NCBI GenBank assembly: GCA_038251965.1
Contig: JBBSAV010000003.1
Location: 2,062-66,061 of the forward strand
Reading direction: 5' to 3'
Source of the DNA: Candidatus Limnocylindrales bacterium
GTDB lineage: Bacteria > Chloroflexota > Limnocylindria > Limnocylindrales > CSP1-4
DNA: 64,000 bases
The notes below the pieces were generated by a model. The model saw only the letters and a list, made by a program, of their open reading frames with translations, searched no databases and was not told where the DNA came from. The number at the start of each line of letters is the position of its first letter. Positions within the stretch are counted from its first letter, which is position 1. Positions 40,240 to 48,064 of the stretch are shown here, in pieces. A program made the position numbers and the translations under genes.

Positions 40240-40666
40240 CTCGGAGCCTTGCCTAGCGGCCCCGAGTCGGTCGTCCCGAACGAAGCCGTCTAGACCCTTG
40301 CCTCCAGGCAGGGCCGCATCGGCTTCGGCTTCAAGATGTTCAAGTGTGTCATCGAGGTCGCAGCATGACGGGTGCGGCGCCCCCCGTCAAGTCGATGTCG
40401 TGTTCCGATACGTCCGTTGCACCCTGGGACCCGAGTCGTGGTCATGAGCGAGCCATTCGGCGGGGCGAGCTATCCAGACCTCTGCACCAGCACGTCCACG
40501 CGACTCTCCGCCTATGCCGGAGGTCAGCGGGCGACACCTCCTTCGTGGGTCCCCGACGAGACATATTGGCGAGCATCTGGTCGAATGTCACGCAGGGTGG
40601 CGTTAGAAGGGTGCACCCGCGCCAAGGGCGATCGTGCCTGGTCGGATCGCCGCTCCTGCGCGTGCG

Positions 40667-40710
40667 ATCATGCCCGCGGGTGACTGGCATCATGCCCGCG
40701 GGTGACTAGG
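40667..40710. repeat. 22-bp tandem direct repeat (2 copies), each containing the palindrome CCCGCGGG
   Basis: atcatgcccgcgggtgactggc (40667-40688) and atcatgcccgcgggtgactagg (40689-40710); the first 19 nt are identical. Confidence 0.85.
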
Positions 40711-40944
40711 CCCGGGGTGTGGGTCAGCCCACCGGCCGGAGCCACGGGCTTGGCAAGTTCCTAACGCCGCCGGGGGCGACATATGGCTAGATGTCTGGCA
40801 GCCCGTGGCGGCGCTGCGGTCCTGCGAGCTGGCGGGCGACGGTGGGCGAGCTGGCGATGCACGGCCAGGTGAGCGGCGAGCGTAGCGGCCTGTGCGAGCA
40901 GACGCATCGTGGCCGTGAGCCTTACGGCGATCGTCGTCGCGGCG

Positions 40945-42333
40945 TCATGCGGCCGCTTCCTCCTGCGTCGTGCCCCACCACGCCTCGAAGGCGTCGAAGC
41001 TCGGTGCGATCGGTGCGCGGAGCGTGGCGTCGCCGTCGCCGTCGCCGTCGCCGAGCACATCGAGCGTCTTCATGCCGTTGCCAGTGATGACCAGCACGGT
41101 CTCTTCGTGGCGGGAGATGCGGCCAGCGTCGACGGCCCGTCGCAGAGCGGCCAGTGTCACGCCGCCGGCAGTCTCGGTCAGGATGCCCGTGGTCTCAGCC
41201 AGCAGGCGGATAGCCGCCACGGTCTCCTCATCGGACACCGCGAGGATGTCCGCATCACTCTCGCGAGCTTGCCTGATGGCATAGCCACCGTCAGCCGGCG
41301 AACCGATCGAGAGCGATCGCACGATGGTGTCCGGCTGCTCCACAGGGCGCACGCTGTCGGTGCCAGCCGCGAACGCATCGGCGATGGGCGAACAGCCAGC
41401 TGCCTGGCCACCGAAGAAACGCACGGGCGCCGCGTCCAGCAGCTCGACATCGACCAGCTCGCGGAAGGCGCGAGCCAGCTTGGTGTACATCGAGCCCGAC
41501 GCCAGTGGCGCTACCAGCACATGGGGAGCACGCCATCCCAATTGCTGGGCGACCTCGAAGGCGATGGTCTTGGAGCCTTCGGCATAGAAGGGCCGCAGGT
41601 TGACGTTGAGCACGGCCCAACCGTCGAACTCATCGGTCAGCTCCAGGCACAGCCGATTGACGTCATCGTAGGGTCCGTCGACGCGCACGACGGTGGCACC
41701 AAACGCGCGAGCCTGGGCGATCTTGGCTGGCTCCAGGTCGGCCGGGATGAAGACCACCGCGCGCAGTCCGTGTGCCGCGGCCGCCGCCGCCACGGCCGCC
41801 GAGAGATTACCGGTGGAGGCGCAAGCGAGCGTGTGGTAGCCCCATTGCGCGGCGCGCGCAGCCGCCACGGCCACCGGCCGATCCTTGAACGACAGCGTAG
41901 GGTTGCGGGAGTCGTCCTTGACCCACAACTTCTCCAGCCCGAGGCGCGCAGCCAGCCGTGGCGCATCGGTCAGCGGGGATACGCCCACCTGCAGACCGGC
42001 CGTCGGCAGCTGCGTCACTGGCAGCAGCTCGGCATAGCGCCAGATGGTGGCGTCGCGCGCATCGAGTACCTCGCGGCTGAGCCGAGCGCAGAGCCCGTCG
42101 AGATCATAGACCGGCTCGAGTGGGCCGAAACAGCGGCTGCAGACGAACACGGCACCCTCACCGCCGGCCGTGCCGCAGGCGCGGCAGCGCAGACCGACGT
42201 AGCCGGGCACGAAGCCGGGCGCCGATCCGGGCGCCAGGTCGGGCGCCAGGTCGGCTGGGGCATGAATGGACTTGGCGGCCCCCAATGATTCGTCCGTGAC
42301 GGCATGCTGGGGGCGAAGGGCGATCTGGGTCAT
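40945..42333 (-). CDS. thrC: Threonine synthase (long form with N-terminal Cys-rich/zinc-ribbon-like segment)
   Basis: LRCRACG...FVCSRCFGPLEPVYD, PLP-Lys context NPTLSFKDRPV, ACASTGN. C-terminal GDGDGDGD tract. Confidence 0.88.
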   Translation of the reverse strand: MTQIALRPQHAVTDESLGAAKSIHAPADLAPDLAPGSAPGFVPGYVGLRCRACGTAGGEGAVFVCSRCFGPLEPVYDLDGLCARLSREVLDARDATIWRYAELLPVTQLPTAGLQVGVSPLTDAPRLAARLGLEKLWVKDDSRNPTLSFKDRPVAVAAARAAQWGYHTLACASTGNLSAAVAAAAAAHGLRAVVFIPADLEPAKIAQARAFGATVVRVDGPYDDVNRLCLELTDEFDGWAVLNVNLRPFYAEGSKTIAFEVAQQLGWRAPHVLVAPLASGSMYTKLARAFRELVDVELLDAAPVRFFGGQAAGCSPIADAFAAGTDSVRPVEQPDTIVRSLSIGSPADGGYAIRQARESDADILAVSDEETVAAIRLLAETTGILTETAGGVTLAALRRAVDAGRISRHEETVLVITGNGMKTLDVLGDGDGDGDATLRAPIAPSFDAFEAWWGTTQEEAAA

Positions 42334-42580
42334 CAGGGGATCCTCTCGATCGGTGAGCGGCTCGACGCCCGGGGATGGTGCGACGTGAGCTGATCGTGCT
42401 CAGGAATCACGAAGGCCGCGACCTTCGTACGTGATCGCGGCCCCGAGGATCCGGCCTGACGTCGTGGTGCTCCTGTGCGCGACCCGAGTCAGACCCCGAC
42501 CGATCCCGGCGGGGCCTCGGGCATCGCCATGCGACTGCCGTGCGGCTTCATCACCGCGGATGATGCCCCAACCGACAGCG

Positions 42581-42690
42581 AAATGCAAGTACATCACTAA
42601 TACTATGCAGGTAGTTGTGAACCACTCGGCTTGTTCACGCTCACTCATGCATATTGATGCGTACGGATGCGTCCTCGTCTGTATAATCCG
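42581..42690 (+). promoter_or_regulatory. argR/thrC divergent control region: candidate ARG boxes, a 6-bp inverted repeat and a TATAAT -10 element
   Basis: aaatgcaagtacatcactaatactatgcagg (42581-42611), gtgaac-N10-gttcac (42627-42648), tcatgcatattgatgcgta (42645-42663), tataat (42682-42687) 8 nt before the argR ATG. Confidence 0.5.
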
Positions 42691-42695
42691 TCTCG

Positions 42696-43226
42696 ATGGA
42701 CCGAGGCCCCAGCACCACCCAGCCGGCGCCGACCCGCGCCCTCAAGCGGGAGCGACAACGACTCGTGCGCGACCTGGCCGCGACCGGGGCCATCACCAGC
42801 CAGCACGACCTGGTTGACCGGCTCGCAAAGCGCGGGTTCGAGGTCACCCAAGCTACCGTCAGCCGCGACATCGCCGAGCTCGGCCTGGTCAAAGTCCCGC
42901 ACGATGGCGGGCACATCTACGCCTGGCCAGGAGACCTTTCCCCTATCTCCGCAGATGCCAACGACGCGCGCCTGCGCCGGATCTTGGCCGACTACGATAT
43001 CCAGGTCGGGCGCTCAGGGCTGACGTTGTTGCTCGTGTCGGAGGCCGGCGTCGCGAATGCCATCGGTCAGGCCATCGACGAGTCGACGTTCACCGAACAG
43101 GAAGGCACGCTTGCGGGAGACAACACCATCCTCGTCCTGTTCGCGGACGAGGCCCGGCTGGAGGCATGGCTCAAGCGCTTCGAGGCACTGCGCGCTGCCG
43201 TTCCGATGAGGGAGTACGCACGATGA
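42696..43226 (+). CDS. argR: Arginine repressor
   Basis: RQRLVRDLAATGAITSQHDLVDRLAKRGFEVTQATVSRDIAELGLVKV wHTH. C-terminal oligomerisation/arginine-binding region GTLAGDNTILV. Confidence 0.9.
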   Translation: MDRGPSTTQPAPTRALKRERQRLVRDLAATGAITSQHDLVDRLAKRGFEVTQATVSRDIAELGLVKVPHDGGHIYAWPGDLSPISADANDARLRRILADYDIQVGRSGLTLLLVSEAGVANAIGQAIDESTFTEQEGTLAGDNTILVLFADEARLEAWLKRFEALRAAVPMREYAR

Positions 43227-43939
43227 CGATCCTGGGCGACGAACCGGAAACCGGAGGCGCGACCGATCCGCTGAAGATCCTGGTGGTCGATGACGAGCCG
43301 GCCATGGTCGGCGCCATGGGCGCGCTCCTGGGGCAAGCCGGCCATCGCATCATCGCCGCCTACGACGGTGAGGAGGCGCTGCGGCGTTTCCGTGATGACG
43401 AGCCCGACCTTGTGCTGCTCGACCTGGCCATGCCCGGCATGGACGGTGCCACAGTCTGCAAGCGCATCCGTGAGGTCAGCGATGTGCCCATCATCGTGGT
43501 GTCGGGTGAGCGCGACCGCGCAGCCACGGTAGACCTGCTCGACTCGGGTGCCGACGATTATGTTCGCAAGCCCTTCCGGGCGGATGAGCTGCTGGCGCGT
43601 GTTCGGGCGGTCTCGCGAAGAGCGACGGGAGGCCGCGGTGATCGGGGACGGGGTGACCCCTCAGGCTACGAGCTGGACCGCCGACGGCATGAGATCCGAT
43701 GGCAGGGCACGCCACTACCCACCACCGTCACCGAGTTCCGGCTGCTGCGGATCATGGTGGAGCGCCTGGGTGAGGTCGTGCCCCATGACGAGCTGCTGGC
43801 CGCAGGTTGGCCCGACGTGCCCGGTCCTGATCCCCTGTGGCTGAAGCCGCATCTGGCGCGCCTTCGGGAGAAGCTCGTAGCCGCTGGCGCGCCCGTCCCC
43901 ATCGCCGTCCGCGGAGTCGGCTACCGCCTCGACGTGTAG
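43223..43939 (+). CDS. OmpR/PhoB-type response regulator
   Basis: ILVVDDEPAM, DLVLLDLAMPGMDG, PIIVVSG, VRKPF. C-terminal wHTH LTVTEFRLLRIMV...VRGVGYRL. Its ATG overlaps the argR stop (ATGA). Confidence 0.9.
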   Translation: MTILGDEPETGGATDPLKILVVDDEPAMVGAMGALLGQAGHRIIAAYDGEEALRRFRDDEPDLVLLDLAMPGMDGATVCKRIREVSDVPIIVVSGERDRAATVDLLDSGADDYVRKPFRADELLARVRAVSRRATGGRGDRGRGDPSGYELDRRRHEIRWQGTPLPTTVTEFRLLRIMVERLGEVVPHDELLAAGWPDVPGPDPLWLKPHLARLREKLVAAGAPVPIAVRGVGYRLDV

Positions 43940-44142
43940 GGGCGGCCACGTTCGCTCCGGTGAGGCAGTCCTGCTCCGCGTCACCGTGTCGCTACCGAAC
44001 GTGCACCAGCGGGCCACCACATCCCGACCGCGCCGTCGCTGACATCCCGCCGCGCACTTCGTAGCGTCATCGCCAACCGGTATCGGGCAGCTCAGAACCC
44101 GGTGCCTTCGGGGACAGACGCATCGCAGAAGGGACTCATTCG

Positions 44143-45450
44143 ATGATCGACACTGGCAACACCGCCTGGCTCTTGATGTCGACGGCGTTGGTGATGCTGA
44201 TGCTGCCGGGCCTGGCGCTCTTCTACGGCGGCCTGGTGCGCGCCAAGAACGTGCTTTCGACCATCATGCACAGCTTCTTCGGTCTGGCCATCGTGACGGT
44301 CGTATGGGTCGTGGTCGGGTTCAGCCTCGCCTTCGCGCCGTCGATCGGCGACCTGGGCATCGTCGGTGGTTTCGACTACGTCTTCTTCAACGGCGTGGGC
44401 ATGGACATCAGTCCCGCGTACCCCGGTGGCAACATCCCGTTCGTGCTGTTCGCGACATTCCAGATGATGTTCGCGGCCATCACGCCGGCGCTCATCAGCG
44501 GTGCGTTTGCCGAACGCAAGCGCTTCGCCGCGTTCGTCGTCTTCACGATCGCCTGGTCGATCCTGGTCTACTCGCCGATGGCACATATGGTCTGGGGTGG
44601 CGGCATCCTGGCGCAACTCGGCGCACTCGACTTCGCGGGTGGCACCGTCGTCCACATCGCTTCGGGCGTCTCAGCCCTCATCGTTGCACTGGTGATGGGC
44701 CGTCGCGTCGCCGGACATCACGTGGAGCCCCACGATGTGCCCATGACGGTCCTGGGTGCCGGACTGCTCTGGTTCGGCTGGTTCGGCTTCAACGCCGGCT
44801 CGGCGCTGGGTGCCAACGGCCTCGCCGCGCAGGCCCTGATGGTGACTACGGTCTCTGCGGCTGCCGGTACGCTCACCTGGGTCGGCGCCTCGTACCTCAA
44901 GGGCCGCAAGGTCAGTGTCGTGGGTGCGGCCGCCGGCGCTGTGGCCGGTCTCGTCGCCATCACGCCGGCCGCTGGCTTCGTCACCGTCGGCGGCGCACTC
45001 GTCCTCGGCCTCGTCGCCGGTGCGATCTGCTTCGCGGTCACGCTCCTGCGCGAGCGCCTGTCCATCGATGACGCGCTCGATGTCTTCGCTGTCCATGGCG
45101 TCGGTGGTATCTGGGGTGCCATCGGCACGGGCATCTTCGCTGTTGCCGCCATCGGCGGCGTGTCCGGCCTGGTCGAGGGCAACGTCGATCAGTTGCTCAT
45201 CCAGATCGCGGCCGTAGCCGTCACCGTCGTCTTCTCCGGTGTGATGACGTTCATCATCATCAAGGTCATCGACGTGGTCCTGGGCCTGCGCGTCAACGAG
45301 GCAGACGAGGAAGCCGGTCTGGACATCGCCGTCCACGGCGAGACCGCCTACGTGCCTTGGGCCGGTGTCAGCACTGGTGCCGTCAGCGGCGCCATCCCGA
45401 CCTCCGTGCAGCCGTCCGTCGCGGCGGTCACGGAGGCGGAGCCCGCGTAG
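44143..45450 (+). CDS. amt: Ammonium transporter (Amt family)
   Basis: DTGNTAWLLMSTALVMLMLPGLALFYGG, DFAGGTVVHIASG, GWFGFNAGS, VHGVGGIWG. Confidence 0.93.
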   Translation: MIDTGNTAWLLMSTALVMLMLPGLALFYGGLVRAKNVLSTIMHSFFGLAIVTVVWVVVGFSLAFAPSIGDLGIVGGFDYVFFNGVGMDISPAYPGGNIPFVLFATFQMMFAAITPALISGAFAERKRFAAFVVFTIAWSILVYSPMAHMVWGGGILAQLGALDFAGGTVVHIASGVSALIVALVMGRRVAGHHVEPHDVPMTVLGAGLLWFGWFGFNAGSALGANGLAAQALMVTTVSAAAGTLTWVGASYLKGRKVSVVGAAAGAVAGLVAITPAAGFVTVGGALVLGLVAGAICFAVTLLRERLSIDDALDVFAVHGVGGIWGAIGTGIFAVAAIGGVSGLVEGNVDQLLIQIAAVAVTVVFSGVMTFIIIKVIDVVLGLRVNEADEEAGLDIAVHGETAYVPWAGVSTGAVSGAIPTSVQPSVAAVTEAEPA

Positions 45451-45479
45451 CTCGGCACATCACAGGGTTCAGGCTCGAA

Positions 45480-45507
45480 GGCCCGCGAGACTCCCGACTC
45501 GCGGGCC
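45480..45507. terminator. GC-rich perfect hairpin between the convergent amt and kinase genes (terminator-like, no U-tract)
   Basis: ggcccgcgag (45480-45489), 8-nt loop, ctcgcgggcc (45498-45507): a 10-bp perfect stem. Confidence 0.45.
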
Positions 45508-45582
45508 ATCGAGCCATCATGCGTAGCGCCGCTCAGCGGGCAGGGCCGATGTGCCGCTCAGCGGGCAGGGTCGAGGCGCCGC

Positions 45583-46887
45583 TCAGCGGGCCGAGCCGAC
45601 GAAGCGCAAGCGCAGCACGAACTGCGAGCCGTAGGGCTCGCGAGGCTCGACCAGCAGCTCGCCTTCCATCGAGCGCGCCAACCGCCGGGCGGCGAAGAGG
45701 CCGATCCCGGCACCACGTGGTGAATCATCGAGGCGCACGAAGGGCTCGAAGATGCGCTCCCGCCAGGCCTCTGGGATGCCTGGACCGTCGTCGGTGACCG
45801 CGACGCAGGCAGCGTCTCCGTCGCGCCAGCAGTAGATATCGATGGTGCCACGTTGAGGTGCGTACTTCGACGCATTCTCGAGCAGGTACCCGAGTAATCG
45901 ATGCAGCATCTCGCTCGACGCCAACGCCGCCAGAGGCTCGTCGGGAAAGCTCGTTCTGACCGTCCGGCTACGCAGCATCGGCCGCAGCTCGTGGGTGATC
46001 TGCGCAACTTCCGCGGAAAGGTCGATGGGCACCAGCTCCTCCGCTGCGGTGGGCATCACACGGAGGCTCTCAAGGATGTTGTCGACGGTCTCGTCGAGCT
46101 GCTCCACCTGCGTGAGCGCCTCCCGCTCCCAGGTCTCGGCATCCCCACTGCCACGCTCGTACGCCTCCTTGCCCAGCAGCTCGACGTAGGCGCGCACGAC
46201 CGCCAACGGCGTTCGGAGCGAATGCGTCACGACCGCCACCAGCTTGGCACGCGCTTCATCGATCGCTCGCAGTTGCTCCAACTGCGCCTCAGCTTCGGCA
46301 TGCAGGCGGCTCTTCTCGACCATGCCCGCTAGCAGGCCCGCAAGCGTCTCCAGGAAGCCGATGTCGGCAGGTGTGAAGTCGCGATGCTGGGCGGTCTGGA
46401 CGTTGAGCACCCCGACCACCTGCTCCTCCCACACCAGTGGCACCGAACACATCGAGGTGAAGCGCGCCTGATCGACGCCGCGGATCCAAGCGAAATGGTC
46501 ATCCTTGTGCACGTCGGGACTGACGACGGTGGTCTGCTTCTGCGCCGCGAGGCCGGTGATGCCCTCACCCATCTTGAGGCGGGCCACGCCGACCGCATCC
46601 TGGTCGAGCCCGTTGGTGGCGGCGAGCGTCAGGCCGCTGCCATCACGATCGATGAGGTAGAGCGAACAAACATCCGCTCGCGAGGCGGCGCGGGCACGAT
46701 CGATGACGGTGCCAGTCAGGTCTTCCCAGGTCCGAGCACGCGCCGCGAGATGCGCGACGTCGGCAAGGAAGCCGATCTCATCCACGCAGGACGCGGATGA
46801 GTCGCGCAACGACCCGGCGGGCTTGGCGATCGGATCCGGCGTACCCTGCATGCGCTGATGTTGCGGCCACTGGGGCCGCGCGGTCAA
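45583..46887 (-). CDS. GAF-domain sensor histidine kinase
   Basis: GAF region (VCSLYLIDRDGSGLTLAATNG...), H-box VTHSLRTPLAVV, ATPase N/G boxes LENASKYAP, DDGPGIP, GAGIGL. Start is uncertain (TTG 46887 or ATG 46851). Confidence 0.88.
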   Translation of the reverse strand: MTARPQWPQHQRMQGTPDPIAKPAGSLRDSSASCVDEIGFLADVAHLAARARTWEDLTGTVIDRARAASRADVCSLYLIDRDGSGLTLAATNGLDQDAVGVARLKMGEGITGLAAQKQTTVVSPDVHKDDHFAWIRGVDQARFTSMCSVPLVWEEQVVGVLNVQTAQHRDFTPADIGFLETLAGLLAGMVEKSRLHAEAEAQLEQLRAIDEARAKLVAVVTHSLRTPLAVVRAYVELLGKEAYERGSGDAETWEREALTQVEQLDETVDNILESLRVMPTAAEELVPIDLSAEVAQITHELRPMLRSRTVRTSFPDEPLAALASSEMLHRLLGYLLENASKYAPQRGTIDIYCWRDGDAACVAVTDDGPGIPEAWRERIFEPFVRLDDSPRGAGIGLFAARRLARSMEGELLVEPREPYGSQFVLRLRFVGSAR

Positions 46888-46917
46888 CCGTGGCCGCTGT
46901 CATCGGGTTGCAAGGAC

Positions 46918-46996
46918 GGCCGGCGACGACCACATCCGGTAGCGAGGGCGGCCGGCGACGACCACATCCGGTAGCGACCACATCCGGTGGCGAGGG
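46918..46996. repeat. Direct repeats upstream of the kinase gene (core GACCACATCCGGTRGCGA, 3 copies)
   Basis: 28-nt unit ggccggcgacgaccacatccggtagcga at 46918-46945 and 46950-46977. A third core, gaccacatccggtggcga, is at 46976-46993. Confidence 0.85.
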
Positions 46997-47260
46997 CGCG
47001 TGGCATGGGCGGCCGGGCCGCGTCCACGCTACGACTTGTCCAGATACCGATCCCGGTGGTACTTGGCCAACCCCATCGAGGGCCGGAACACGACTCCTCG
47101 ACATCACCGACACCGAACGAGGTGGCCAGATGCCCGAGAAGATGGCCATATGCCACTCCACGTAGCACGAGGCCGGGTCATCGGGTCATGATCGGCCTTC
47201 GCGCGGTCACTCAGACGAATCCCGTGTACCGATCCACGCTCAACTCGAGCGGATCCACGC

Positions 47261-47995
47261 TTAACCACGGCCGGCTCGGGATGACGAGACCCTCACCCGG
47301 CCGCTGGTAGTGGGTCTCGCGCTACTCCCAGTGGCAGTTGGCCAAGAAGAGAGGGTGCTCACCGCTGCGACCGGATCGCGGAGCCAACCTCGCATCGCGC
47401 GGCCATCGACGGGGAACGCCGCCCGCAGCATCGATCGATGGGCCTCGATCCGGCGGAGGTTGGTCCTGTCGTGCTCGACGATCACCCAGCGACTGACCGT
47501 CGCCACGTCCCAGCCCCGGGCCGACGCGATGCTCGGCGCCAACCTGGCCTTGCGATCGAGCGTCCCCACCAGCTCGTTGACATCGACGATCAGGGTCTTG
47601 AGCTCGATGACCAGCAGCGACCCTGACGGCGCATGGAAGGCAAGCAGGTCGATGATGCCCCGTTCACCGTAGACCGAGAACGAGACCTCGGGAAACACGA
47701 CCCAGGCAGGCCGGGGACCGAACGATGCCACGACCGACTCGGACAGCAGCGAGTGGCGCGAGTTGAGCAGGCGGTCCAGCTCGCCACCCCGCCATCGGGC
47801 ATACATGTCGATGCGGATGTCAAGGACCCTGCCCAGTCGGCGGAGCGTAGCGAGCGAGACGCTGTCGATGTGACCGCGTTCGACGAGCGATACCAGGGCG
47901 CGTGACACGCCGGCACGGGCGGCGACGTCCGATTGGCGCCAGCGGCGGCGCAGGCGCACGGCACGGAAGGCGGCACCGACCCGCATGTCATCCAT
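47261..47995 (-). CDS. XRE-type HTH protein with a C-terminal PD-(D/E)xK-like nuclease-fold motif
   Basis: HTH WRQSDVAARAGVSRALVSLVERGHIDSVSLATLRRLGRVL, followed by FPEVSF...GIIDLLAF...LLVIELKT (E...D...ExK spacing). Confidence 0.6.
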   Translation of the reverse strand: MDDMRVGAAFRAVRLRRRWRQSDVAARAGVSRALVSLVERGHIDSVSLATLRRLGRVLDIRIDMYARWRGGELDRLLNSRHSLLSESVVASFGPRPAWVVFPEVSFSVYGERGIIDLLAFHAPSGSLLVIELKTLIVDVNELVGTLDRKARLAPSIASARGWDVATVSRWVIVEHDRTNLRRIEAHRSMLRAAFPVDGRAMRGWLRDPVAAVSTLSSWPTATGSSARPTTSGRVRVSSSRAGRG

Positions 47996-48064
47996 GCCGA
48001 ACAGCCTGAAGCCAGCCGCTTATCGGCCACTTCGCTGCCGCTCGTCTTGGGCGAAGATGGGCGC

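Noticed and set aside
40152-40944. Possible RNase P RNA, tmRNA or lysine riboswitch in the ORF-free region
   Set aside because: I could not find GAGGAAAGTCC or ACAGAACCCGGCTTA-type RNase P blocks, a tmRNA 5' GGGG...TTCGAC start or its T-loop/CCA end. Only partial L-box-like fragments are present. It is left as an unclassified candidate RNA rather than a named family.
40909-42288. 459-aa plus-strand ORF opposite thrC
   Set aside because: Arg/Gly/His-rich shadow frame. thrC on the minus strand has the PLP-lysine and substrate motifs.
42400-42648. 82-aa minus-strand ORF upstream of thrC with a TTT (Thr-Thr-Thr) run, considered as a threonine leader peptide
   Set aside because: Far too long for an attenuation leader peptide, only one short Thr cluster, and no RBS evident. 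It is more likely non-coding leader RNA.
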